Shown piece by piece: positions 1 through 12,405 of a stretch of DNA of 64,000 nt. Made by a program: the position numbers and the translations under genes. How positions within the stretch are numbered: position 1 is the stretch's first letter; every line of letters starts with the position of its first letter. Under the pieces are notes generated by a model that was not told the DNA's origin, did no database searches, and worked only from the letters and a program-made list of their open reading frames with translations. The stretch is taken from assembly GCA_051362555.1 (NCBI GenBank), contig CM120640.1, positions 14,384,001 to 14,448,000 on the forward strand, in the 5' to 3' direction. Origin of the DNA: Lingula anatina (lineage: Eukaryota > Animalia > Brachiopoda).

Positions 1-174
1 ATCAATAGTAAATAATAGTGTGTGCTTGTATATTTCATTTGCCATATATTTAAAGCATGTAATATACCAAACTTGGGCCAGTTTTGGGCCTTGCTTTTTC
101 TTGGGCTTGCATTCTGCTTGGTATAATAAAAGGAATATAAAATAAAAAGTGTTAGTTTTCTTGTAAAGAATATT

Positions 175-1006
175 ATTACCTCTGCCAAGGAGGCTATGTT
201 TTCACCCCTGTTTGTTTGTTTGTTTGTTTGTCATCACCATAACTAAAAAGTTATGGATAAATTTCAATGGCATTTTCAGGGTAGGTCAGAAATGGGTTAA
301 CTTAGAAGTGATTAGTTTTTGGTAGTGATCTGGATCAATAATCAGTCAATAATAAAAAACTAAATCATTATAGAATGAAAATTTAGGAGTGAAATGGCAT
401 TGGATGGACACTCTGCTGCCTTAGAGCGCATTCTCAACGAAGTAAGCCAGGCTTTACAAAGCCGGTGACCTAAAAATGGCGGACGTACATGAAAGAAAAA
501 CCGCCTAATCTTTTAATAGTCTCTCCGCCTCTCACACGCCTCCCCACACGTCGTCCCTGTGGGGTACAGTAATTAATTCTCGGCTCCGAACATTTATATT
601 TCCGTGAATATCTCTGGTGATATTATCTCCGTAGATAGTCGATTCATTGCTGCTCTACGGGCCAAATTATTCCTTTTCGTCTCTGTTTTCAAAGATAATA
701 GAACAGAAGAGCTTTTTTCCTTCGATCGCCCTCAGCCGCAATGCTTTCTTCACCACGAGTTTAACTGATGAGCATGCGCACTTAATATTTCTCAGGTAGC
801 TTCCGCATGGCGAACGGAGACGCGATTTAATTACTGTACCCCGCAGGGACGACGTGTGGGGAGGCGGAGAGACTATTAAAAGATTAGGCGGTTTTTCTTT
901 CATGTACGTCCGCCATTTTTAGGTCACTGGCTTTGTAAAGCCTGGCTTACTTCATTGAGAATGCGCTCTTAGTGGAGGTCTGCGGTCTCTTAGTGCTTTT
1001 CTAGTT
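175..1006 (+). mobile_element. Non-autonomous Helentron/HINE-like short element, interrupted by a nested MITE
   Basis: 5' 'ttacctctgccaaggagg' sub-terminal motif, (GTTT)n microsatellite, 3' 'gcctt..ggaggtctgc..ctc..agtgc..ctagtt' end. A second copy lies on the - strand at ~40687-40915. Classification is from architecture only. Confidence 0.6.
424..968. mobile_element. MITE, PIF/Harbinger (Tourist)-like, with ~160-bp TIRs
   Basis: Long terminal inverted repeats (gagcgcattctcaa... / ...ttgagaatgcgctc) with TTA on both sides (421-423, 969-971). Related copy at 61638-61939. Confidence 0.8.
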
Positions 1007-2393
1007 GCCATTATAAATAAACTATTGTGTACACTTTGTACTTTAAAAGTATTATAAGTTCTCAACCAATGCATTTCTCAATGGTGTATAATATATTGGG
1101 AAAGGAAGGTAACATTTTTGAAACAGATCATTAGTCCACTATTCTGAATGTGGCCTATATTTGTAAAATTGTCAGCTCTCTACCGTATTAATTCTCCTCT
1201 AAAACTTTATTCCTTTAAATATCTGGCCAAATAAGAATTATGCTTTGGCAATAGCATATAGCTCCAATATGATTTGAACTACTTTTGAAAGGGGACATTA
1301 TTCTAGGTCAAAAACAAATGTTGCTTTAGTTCTAAATGCTTTAGCCATCATAAATGGGTTAAAACCCTGATAAAATTATAATCAATACTTAGACAAATTA
1401 TGAATCTACATATTTAAGGTCATAGATTGTGTTGCGCTTTACAGAGCAGCCATACGTATTCATATGTAACATGTTCTAAGGCCAAAATAAAAAACTTCAG
1501 ACAAATGCATTGAACGATTTGGATGTGTTTATTCTCAGAACTCGCTAGTCCGAAATGCAGACTGCATACACAGCACAAATTGCATTTTCTTAAAAGAATT
1601 TTTGTATCTTTCTGATTACCATTGGGATTTACTACCTACTGCATTCATGTCATTGTTTATATGTTATGATTGGATCAGTCCAATAAGTATTGTGGTTAGG
1701 AGGGTTAAGTTGACAATGGCTAACTGTTATCCGCAGGTGTAAAAGAAATGACTGAAATGCATATATTAAATTTGGTGTAAAATGGTTCAAATTTTTTGAA
1801 GACCTGGGATTTCTTTCACACAAACAAGTTAACAAGTTAACAAGCTAACAAACAGAAAAGCATTTTTTGAGACACACGTTATAAATACTTATTTCATCAA
1901 GTTAAAGATGCATCTAAAAATGCATATTCATCATATATTCTAATATCATAAAACAGCCAGAAGGCCAAGCACACAGTTGGGTAGAATTCTTATAGGAAAA
2001 AAACATACAGTCTGTGTATTCTGAAAATTCAACACAATGGGATCTTTAATTAACTGATGGTCATTATGATTGCATACTTTTCACAAACAAATGCACCCTT
2101 GGATTCTAATTAAAATCAATTAATTAGATTCTGTTAATTTTAAGTGCTCTCTGACCTTTTTTTTTAATGAATTAACACAATCTATATACATCCATTTGAA
2201 AGAAACAGAAAATTGAAAAATTGAAAAATTAAGTGATATACAACATAATCCCCATCAATTTTTATTTATCTACTTTAAATAATACTGTTTATTGTAACTG
2301 CTCTCTGACTTTTTTTAACGAATTAACACAATATTAAATATATACATCCATTTGAAATTCCACCCTAAACTGCATAACTTTCAGACAAAAAAT

Positions 2394-2395
2394 AA

Positions 2396-2443
<48 letters not shown>
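2394..2443. repeat. (TAAA)n microsatellite
   Basis: About 12 tandem TAAA units visible. Confidence 0.9.
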
Positions 2444-3340
2444 AATGAGGTACAAGATAGAAAATATCAATGCTGATGCAATAATACATTTTTCTCGACA
2501 GCAGAGTCAGCAACAAATATCACATGGCTTCAGGCCCATTAATTCAAATTCTCAGCTCTGTTTGAAAATGACAAAATGTGTAAAAAATTCACCAAGAAAT
2601 TGCAAAAATTCATGGAAAATAAGTAGCAGTGAACTTAAATTTGTTGACACTGACAGCTAGATGGACTTAATTAGTGACAGCTAAGACTGCAGCTGTAACT
2701 AGTTAAGTCTTGATCATTTCTTGATCATTATTGATTTAGCACTTACCTGAGGGCACAGAGCCACAGAAGCATACCATTAATGACAACCAGATCCTAATGA
2801 CTCAAATGAGTGTAATGTCAAATGAACCTACAAGTTCTTTGATAAAACTGTTATTAATATAAAATATAATACAATCCATGCATTAAAAATAAAAAGCACG
2901 CAAGTCCACGGGTCAGTATTCCACCCTACACTGTGGTTGTCTCAGAATAAGTCTTTAGTCCCTTTTCTTAAAAAATAAATTGCCAGTGCACAAATTGACT
3001 AAATATGTATTGATAACTGCTTTGGTAAAATGGAATTTGGTATATAGAGAGCCTTTATTTTAGCATGATTTGAACAAACAAAAACAACTATGATGAAAAA
3101 CATTTAATGATTCAATATTTCATTTATAAAGTTTAATGCAAATACAAAGTTCTTACAACTTCATGTACAGTTAGAAGGAATTTTTCTCATGCACAAATAA
3201 CATATTTACAAATAAAGCATTAATTAACTTAAAGTTGGTACAATGTTGTAAATGTTACTTGATAAATGTTTGTTAGTTTCTTATATGTATGTGTTAAGTA
3301 AGCAGAAAATATTGTGCTGTTATCCACATTCATATGCCAG

Positions 3341-3400
3341 AGAGAGCATTACTGGCATGAGAGGGCAATACTGGCCTGAGATGGCAATACTTGCCTGAGG
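3341..3400. repeat. Three ~20-bp tandem repeats
   Basis: ag(a/g)gca(t/a)tact(g/t)gc(a/c)tgag repeated three times. Confidence 0.6.
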
Positions 3401-4032
3401 GGACACTGCTGTTTATATATGCCAATTGTAAACCAAACATGGCTCCCACGCACTAATAGTTGCCGATCTAGAAAACTCAGCTGTTACATACTCAATTCAT
3501 TACAACATCGTTATCAAAGGTCATGATGTATGTAATATGGTCCAAGTTATCCAAATATTACAGCAACTTGTGGAGAACATCGAGAATTGGCAAGTTATAG
3601 TGAGGTTTTCGCCTAGCAACTTCTGGTTTTCGCGGTTTTCGTATTTTCGTAGGACCGTCAACCAGTGGCCGGTGGCAGTGGCGATGCCTTAATGATTTGG
3701 GAAGTTCTCAATTTAGCGAGTGGTATCATGAAAACAAAAGGCATCAAAAAACTGATAGAGTTGGCCGAAATGACAAGTGTTTTCTTCAAACCATTGATCA
3801 CTTACCTGCAATGGACCATCATAGAAAAACAGATTAATTTGCACTTGTTTGCACGTGTTGTAGTAACTTGACCTAGATAGCATGCGCACCGGCGTTTTAT
3901 TTCGTAGAATCTTTTTCGCACGAAGGAAGGAAAAGAAAATTTGCCTTCCTGTTGTTAGTCAGTGAGGTATGTCTTTTCAACAGGAGTGTCTTTCCTCTCC
4001 ATGACTGAGTTTGTCAAGTGAAGTCACTTGTT

Positions 4033-5079
4033 ATGGAAGGTTTCAGGGCTGCTAGAACCATTCTTTCATTGACACGATCTTCTTATGTTGTTTGGCGACA
4101 GGTGCTAAGGAAAGAATCGACGATTTCTCCTCAGACTAATTTGATTCAGGATTTATCATATTTGAAACAGGAACCAAAATTAGCAACAGCGTCAGAGATA
4201 GTGAAACGATATGACACTTTTTTATTCGATGTTGATGGAGTTTTGTGGAACACAGATGAGTCACCCATACCTGGAATAACAGACTCTCTGGAAAAACTTA
4301 AAGAACTGGACAAGACGGTGATACTTGTAACCAACAACAGCATAAACAGTAGAAAATATTTGCAGAAAGTTATTAAAAGACGACTTGGATATGACTTTCC
4401 GAAAGAAAATATATTCACTGTGGCATATACAGCAGCTTTGTTCGTGAAGGAAATTGCAAATGTACAGGGAACGGTGTACTTGATGGGCAGTCCCGGCATG
4501 GCATCAGAAATGGATGATTTGGAGATAAACCATGTTGGTTTTGGTCCCGACCCAGATCCACCTTCTATGGACCCCCAAGAAATTCTTCAAAGACCCCTCC
4601 ATGAAAATATTGGTGCTGTTGTCGTAGGGATGGACCCATATATCGGTTTCAATAAGTTCTCCAAGGCTGCTAGTTATCTGTATAACCCCAATTGTTATTA
4701 CGTAGCTACAAACTGTTTTGAAGGAGGGTTGCATGTAGGTCAAGGAAAAGTGATGCCAATAACAGGCACTTTTGTTACTGCTCTCAACTTTCTATCAAAA
4801 AGAGAACCTGTTGTTATAGGAAAGCCACACAAATATATGCTAGAGTGCATAGAAACCAAGCACTTTATCCAGAGGGGTCGGACCATCATGATAGGAGACA
4901 ATTTGAGAGCTGATATAGGTTTTGCCAAGACAGTAGGAATTGATTCTTTATTAGTTCTTAGTGGAGCTAATAATCTGCAAGATGTGCAGGAAAATCTAGA
5001 AAGTGATTGCCCCTCCAAAAAAAATCTTATTCCTGATTATTATGCCATTTCTCTTGCTGATTTATGCAAATCATTGTAA
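4033..5079 (+). CDS. HAD-IIA phosphatase, phosphoglycolate/glycerol-3-phosphate/pyridoxal phosphatase (PGP/PDXP)-like; single coding exon
   Basis: Motif I FDVDGVLW, motif II VTNNS, GKP, motif IV MIGDNLRADIGFA and LVLSG. First in-frame ATG is at 4033 (ORF track starts at GTG 4018). Confidence 0.92.
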   Translation: MEGFRAARTILSLTRSSYVVWRQVLRKESTISPQTNLIQDLSYLKQEPKLATASEIVKRYDTFLFDVDGVLWNTDESPIPGITDSLEKLKELDKTVILVTNNSINSRKYLQKVIKRRLGYDFPKENIFTVAYTAALFVKEIANVQGTVYLMGSPGMASEMDDLEINHVGFGPDPDPPSMDPQEILQRPLHENIGAVVVGMDPYIGFNKFSKAASYLYNPNCYYVATNCFEGGLHVGQGKVMPITGTFVTALNFLSKREPVVIGKPHKYMLECIETKHFIQRGRTIMIGDNLRADIGFAKTVGIDSLLVLSGANNLQDVQENLESDCPSKKNLIPDYYAISLADLCKSL

Positions 5080-6055
5080 AGTATATATTCATGTGATACA
5101 TGTCAGTTTAGGTACTTATATGTATACAGTTTACATATATAATTTAAGTCATGCAGTCAATATTCCCAAATTTTTTTGTTGTAAACTTCGTGAAAAATCA
5201 TTTTTGATGATGATCAGTGTTGCAGATTTTTATCATTTTTAGAGTGTTATTTTTAGAGTGTTACATGTAGTTACACTGGAAATTATCAAAATGCAATTAT
5301 ATGAGATTTTGGTCAAAACACTTTAAGATGGTTTCTAAGGACAGTTAACCATGTTAAGCTCAAACTAACCAAGTAAAAGAAAGATAGTTCAAGTAAAATA
5401 GGCTAACTGCTTTTTAAAAACTTGCATTTATGTAAATAGACTTGATTTTTTAAATTTACTCTTCCACTTAAAAAGGATATATGGCAGGCCATAGACTAAG
5501 TGAGCAAATATAGGAAAAATTGAGGCCACAAAATTTCCATGAACAGTCACTGAAACTGGATTTTCAGAAGTGATTTTATATGTGAGCCAATCAATACTAG
5601 AAATGTCAATTTTCCAAAAGAAAGAGAAGTAAGATATAAATTTCTAATGCAAACCATGGAAATATCTTAACAAAGCTTGAAAAAGTAAATTACAGAGGCT
5701 AATTTAAGCCATCCTGGTCACAACCCAACTTGTTTATAAAATTAAATGGAGAATTTATTAGGTATTTTGGCGTGGATTGATACAAAACACAGAAAATTCC
5801 AGGAATAAACAATATTTTTGTCTCTGAGTGCTCAAGAAAAAAGCCAAATGTGTATGCTTGACTGTTATAACTTAAAATGCCAAAGCTTTATATGTGACAT
5901 TACACGTACATACGATATTGTACAATCATTGAATTAGGCTGAGACTAATATATGTTTTAGCAGACCTCAGAAAAGTGATTTTGACTGAGGCAAAACTGGA
6001 TATCAGGCCTTGAATTGCTGGATATAACGTCGAATTCTATGGTATTTATAGAATA

Positions 6056-6198
6056 AGATATTTATTTTGTTACCGTTTCCCACCTATCTCAAATATTTAT
6101 TGGTTATATTGTGATTGTCCTTATATTCCAGATATTTATTTTGTTACCATTTCCCACCTATCTCAAAATATTTATTGGTTATATTGTGATTGTCCTTA
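6056..6198. repeat. Tandem direct duplication, ~70-bp unit
   Basis: agatatttattttgttacc.tttcccacctatctcaaa..tatttattggttatattgtgattgtcctta occurs twice. Confidence 0.85.
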
Positions 6199-7490
6199 CC
6201 TTCCAATGCATAATCAATGTTTGAAAATTTTATCATTATGAAGGGTTTAGTTGTAGGCCATGGTAGCGTCGAAATTTTGGATTGTTTTTTAGTAGAGTTT
6301 AATGCACAGAAAAGTGTTACCTTTCATGGTTTGTAGTATATATTGATCCACAAGTTATTTATCGCCTGCAGCTGACTGACACAGATCAATTTTGAGTAAA
6401 GAATCTCAGATTAATAAGATACTGAAATAAAAGATGTGCTTGAATCCAATCCAAATGTTGCAGATTTTTTTATTTTCCCCTTTGTTTTACTGTACGCAAA
6501 ACATCACTGCAAACAATTTTGAGAATAGTACTAATTTTAATATTTTAAAAATATACGTATAGCGAAATTGTGGACCGTCAGTGATGGATACCGTCCATAA
6601 TAATCTCTTAAGGGATTTTTACAAAGACTGTACTCTTTAAAAAAAACAATTGACTAACTTTGAAACGGTTTCATTAATCACTGGTATGCATGGGGAAATT
6701 GTCGTTTATCCTCAAGAAATCGTTTTCCCGTACTTTTCCCGCCAAAATGAGGGGTCAAGTTTAAGCGAGTTTTGTATTAATAAAATTTGACATGAGCTTG
6801 CTTTGAAAATTCAAAATTGGAGATAACATACGAAGGCACCCGGAGTTTAAGGGGACACTGGATACAGCAGAGACATGCTAATAGCACAGAGGTGAGGTTT
6901 CAGTGTCCTTTGAAACTCAGCGTGTATAAAGGCAAATGTTTGTAATGTGTTGGAAAATGTAGAAAACGTGATTGGTTACTATTAATGTTTGAATGATGAA
7001 TGAGTGAATAACGTGAAGTAAGGATAAGACATAATATAAAAGGCATCTCACCTTACACGTTTAAGCAAGAACTAGGTAAAAAGACCTGAAACATTAAAAC
7101 TTTCATTCGATCTGAGTTGGCGTGCGCCATGGCGCGAATTCCAAGATGAATTTTTTTATATCACAACTTACTTAATTCAATAAGTACGCATTAATGTAAG
7201 TTATATTTATTGAACAAATAAATATTCCCAACTACCTTTTCTAGAAGTGCGCCCTTTTGACTTCAGTTCAATCGTTATAAAAATTATCTGAATAGCTCAA
7301 AATATTCTATACGAATTTCCAGATAGACAGTACGTGAGTAGGAAACAGAATTTAACAATGAGAGTATTTTACATAGGGAGAGGATACGTTAGCTGTAAAG
7401 AAGTGGATTGGGCCCATGACCTACCCCTCCTGCGTTAAGCACTGTCGTGGTTGAAAAAAGCGAGAGGGGGGAGATGTTTAGCCTCCCTAG

Positions 7491-7524
<34 letters not shown>

Positions 7525-7713
7525 TCTTCCGCGCCTATGGACATGAACCATTCCACTCACGGTAATCAAAAAATTAGATACCGATAATAATCAATAGTAG
7601 AACAAAGACCCATAAAACACTGCTTTTGCGGGTTTTTTTTTTTTTTTCGTATTAACGACATTATTTAAGTTTGTTAATAGTTTATTTACACCCAGCATAT
7701 ATATATATATAGG

Positions 7714-7757
<44 letters not shown>

Positions 7758-7770
7758 GATAAAAAAACAC

Positions 7771-8825
7771 TTATGTACCAAATACATACTCTAAGTAGAA
7801 TATGTACTCTACATTGGTTTGCATAAATCGGCAAAGGATAGCATAATAATTAGGAACAAGATTTCTTTTGATGGGACAATCACTTTTTATGTTTTCCTGC
7901 ACATCTCTCAGATTATTGGCCCCACTTAGAACTAATAAAGAATCAATTCCCACTGTCTTGGCAAAACCTATATCAGCTCTCAAGTTATCCCCTACCATCA
8001 AGGTGCGCTCTTTTTGGATACAGTGCTTGGTTTCTATACACTCTAGCATATATTTGTGTGGCTTTCCTACAACAACAGGTTCTCTCTTAGATAGAAAGTT
8101 GAGAGCAGTAACAAATGTTTCTGTTATTGGCATGACTCTGCCTTTACCTAAATGCAACCCTCCTTCTAAACAGTTTGTAGCCACGTAATAACAGTCTGGG
8201 TTGGTCAGATAACTTGCGGCTTTGAATAATTTGTTGAAATCGAAATGCGGATCCATCCCTACAACAACCGCGCCAACATTTTCGCGAAGGGGTCTTTGTA
8301 CATGTAGAAGTTGGTTTGGGTCTGTGCAAATAACATCAGGGTCGGGTCCTAAACAGGCATGATCAATACTCATTTCATCCATTTCTGCTGCCATGCCCGG
8401 ACTGCCCATCAAGTACACCGTCCCTTTCAAATTTCCGATTTCTTTTATGTACTTTGCCGCCGCGTGCCACTCGGAGTGAATATGTTTTCTTTCGGAAAGT
8501 CAAACCCAATTCGCCTTATAATAGTTTTTCACAGGTGATCTCTGTCGTTTCTACTGTTATGTGTCACAAGTATCACCGTCTTGTTTAGTTGTTTTAGTTT
8601 TTCTAGGAACTCCATTATTCCAAAGAGGGCTGACTGGTTCGTTTTCCACAAAACTCCATTCATGTCAAGCAAGAAAGTGTTATACTGCTTCACAATGTCT
8701 GTCGGAATCGCCAACTTTGGGTCTGATTTTGACAAACTCGACACGACTGAGATGTTTTTCTTGCATTGTCGAAAAACGCTCAAGAGTCGTGTGATCAGGG
8801 AATTATATCGTGATCGAGCTAACAT
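7771..8825 (-). pseudogene. Decayed paralog of the PGP/PDXP-like phosphatase
   Basis: Colinear with 4033-5079. In-frame TGA at 8529-8531, frameshift near 8465, probable C-terminal frameshift near 7835, motif I changed DVDG>DMNG. Confidence 0.85.
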
Positions 8826-11800
8826 TTCTTATGCGGTTGAACCTCATCTGATCCAAAAGTTAAGCTTGGGGATGAGGTAGTCCTAGCTTCTTGTCTCAAA
8901 CAGATGTAATTCACGTGTATATAACATTCAAAAGTTTTCAAAGCATGAAATCTCACCCTTACGTCAGGTTGACTGGTCACAACTGTCATTGGGCCATGGT
9001 TTTGCATCCAAATTGAAAGAAAAAGATTTTTATGGCGCTATTAGCACTGACGCCAATCATTACAACCTGCAGTAAAGTTACCCTTTACTACGGTCGCAGA
9101 TAATTACGTGGACATTTCTCTGACTCGAAAAGTACCATCATTTATCTAGAAATGTATCTTTGAATATCTAGTGAAAATTCAAACTGCGGCCCTGGTAAAG
9201 GGTACAGTAAAGTAGCTTTTCGTGTGCCCGGTTGACATCATTTGAAGAGAGTGAGGTCAGATGCTAGAAAGGGTGAACTCCTATGGCCTAAATTCTATGT
9301 CTGAGCAACATCAAAACGAAATCTGCTAGCAAAGGGTCACGCGAACCATCAGGACTAGTAGACACATCGAGCTTTTTAGTCCCAGATATCATGACAGACA
9401 ATCTCAGAAACACATGCTTCTGGGACTACTTTTAAAATCTTCTGTCTTCTGTCCTCTATATAAGCTGTGTAATTTTATATATATTTCATTTTATTCCATC
9501 TCATTTTAATTTATTTATTTTATTCGTTTTTTCATTCATCTTTTAAAGGTGATTATATAAATAATAAATAAATGAATAATTAAATAAATATATAAACAGT
9601 AATACCTTGGAAAAGGTTATCAACACCGTGTTTTATATTAAAAAATGTTACCCTATAGGCCAGACAAAACATACATTGGTTAAGGAGTGCGACAAGCACT
9701 ATGATTGAGGAAATCGACCTATTTTTTTAAATGTAAAAATGCATTAAGTATTGGTCTGAAAAGAGGGGGAAAACTATACAATTCTCACCAGAAAAAAACT
9801 TTTATGACATTTTTTTTGTTCTAAAATGACACATACCGTGGGCTTGACAAAAATAATAAAAATAAAATGAAAAATAAAAAATCAAATAAATAAATATATA
9901 AATTGATTTATCAAAGGAAATAAATCAAAATGTCTTACCCTAATTTTTAGTTGCTATGCTCGTTAATTATCACATTTAAAGAGAAAAATAAATTTGTCTA
10001 CCGACCCTGTTTACCGAGTCACCGCTCGTTATCACTTATCGCTTCCACACAATCTGATACTATCCTTCCCCTAGCCATGTAAAAATTCTTTAAAAACAAA
10101 AGCAATTATTCGAACTTTAAATTTTGAAAGTCGGGTTTTCCTGAGTGTTGTTTTAATTAAAAACAAATGCAATTTTAGGCATACTATAAATAACCTAAGA
10201 TTTCGGATTTTTTCCCAAACAATAAGCATGATCAAACTATTGTTCATCTTTTCGATTTTTTCTGTAACATTGGCCTTGTGAGCACCGTAACATCCAAATG
10301 GTGACTTACTTTAGGCTGAACTCCGATTGGGTTATTGGTGGCATTGAAATGCAGGTCAGGTTCATTTTAACTTTGTAGGCACTTTATCTTTCAAGTTATA
10401 GGTCCGATTAAAATTACACCTTCTAAAATCATATCTGGCCCAACACGATCATTTCTAACTTTTTTGTCAATAATTTTGACCATGTGAACTCTGCATCATC
10501 CAGATACTATATCTGTTCGAGTTGACCGGGAATTAACATTTTTCAATTATTTTGGCATTTTATTATTTTTCCCTTGTGAACACTTTATTTAAATGATGGG
10601 TGGTTTGTATCTGCACATTTGATAGCTTTAGATAGTTTGTTTTATATTTCACAAATATATCTTTAAACAATCTATTTTTAATACATTGACAAAACTGCTA
10701 TATGTAAATCAACAAAGTTTTATTTCAAACTTTTTTTGCAATATTTTTCCACTATGAATGATATCTGCAGACACAGCTATAAGCTGAACATAGCTGCAAG
10801 CAAAGTCATCCAACTCTGCAAGTGTTCTGGAGGATTCAATTAATCTTGGGGAATTATACCAAAATACAAATAAAGCAAAATATCCTATAAAATATGATTA
10901 AATGCTCAATGTTCATTAACACTGAAACTGTTGTTTGCTCTTAGTACACTGTACATTGTGAAAATAATTTGAAGTCTTTGCAAAGAACACTATGTTACAT
11001 GTACCAAGTTACATGCAGAGTTGAAATTCTACTATGGCTTACTAGGATATCAGACTCATGCAGTTAATTACAAAAACACAGGTATATATTTTGTCCTTGT
11101 TGTTCATCTGGCAGAAGCTCTATGTTACAGCAAGCCACCATAGAGACCACATTTCAGCACCAATTTCTCAAGAAGAAATAAAAATGTACAAGGTCATAAT
11201 GCAAATGTGTTTTAAAGAAGTCAAATAACCTGGCAGTTATTACGCAATAAAATAACTAAATAAGTAATTAATATATTTAACAATCACTGACACCAGCTCT
11301 GACACTCATTTACAATAAAGACCCAAAAGCTGATGGGACATTACCAAGGACAACTGACACAATTCACTACTGAATGTTTTAGTAGAAATACACCAGTCAT
11401 TGATAAGGGACGTACCAAAAATTATCCTCACCACAAATATATAAATAAGATTTTAAAAATAACATATCCCAGTCTTAAAAAAAAAAAAGAACCAGGCCTA
11501 TGACTGAAATGACTAAATAATACTTACATAGTCAAAATATACAAATATAATTATACTTTAAGATTGTGATACATTCAGGGTTTCTTGGAATACATTGCTG
11601 ATATAATTGGTTAGTTTCTAAATATGGGCTTTGATCAGTCAACTGGGTTTATCTGCCATTAAAAATATTGTAATATAATACTTAAGTTAAATTTTACAGT
11701 TTTATTCCAGTCTTGCCCTATTGACAGCAGGAAGACCATACTACTCTAAAATATTGCATAAGTGATGCAGAGTGCATATGATGAGCAAGAGAAATATACA

Positions 11801-12405
11801 AAATTTTAACTCAATTCTATATAAGATTAAAGAATAAGACATATAAACATTCAAAAGTTCTATCATTTGCATTTTAAAATTCTTACAGTCTCTGAAGTCA
11901 CGTGTAAAAATGGAATGCAATAGTTCTAGCACTGAATGTCTGGGCCAAACACATGCTACAGCCAACCAGGGGACCTCTCTCAGATGAATAATAATGCAAA
12001 GAGAGCAGTGGATACAACATTGGCATGTTATGAGGCAATGTACATTACATTTTGAACATCATTTCTGCAGGATTCATATGTTACAAGTGGCTTCCTTTTG
12101 TTCACTCATGTAATAGGAATGCAGCAGTATCAACTTCATATGTTACATCATGTGCTATCTCTCTTACTGTAACATACTTTTTTGCCAATCAAAAATAGGA
12201 TGATTATAAAGTATCATGGCCTACACAATGCATATTTTTTTAACTCTGGAGAAAAACCTCATAGAGAAAGATTTTTCATTTTGCAATTTGCAAAATAAAA
12301 GAAATTGAAAAACAACTTCCTGATAGCATGACAAAGCAAAAGTAATTTTTCTACATTGTTGAGGTATTCATCTACAGTACAACTGACATGCCTCCTGCAT
12401 TTTCA

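Noticed and set aside
667-903. 78-aa ORF
   Set aside because: Lies within the MITE TIR and spacer; no transposase motif
4146-5018. Antisense ORFs over the phosphatase, and similar shadow ORFs over the giant exon and NSRP1
   Set aside because: Shadow ORFs of real coding sequence
7490-7754. Poly-C run and (TA)n as functional elements
   Set aside because: Simple repeats, probably remnants of small elements; no further support
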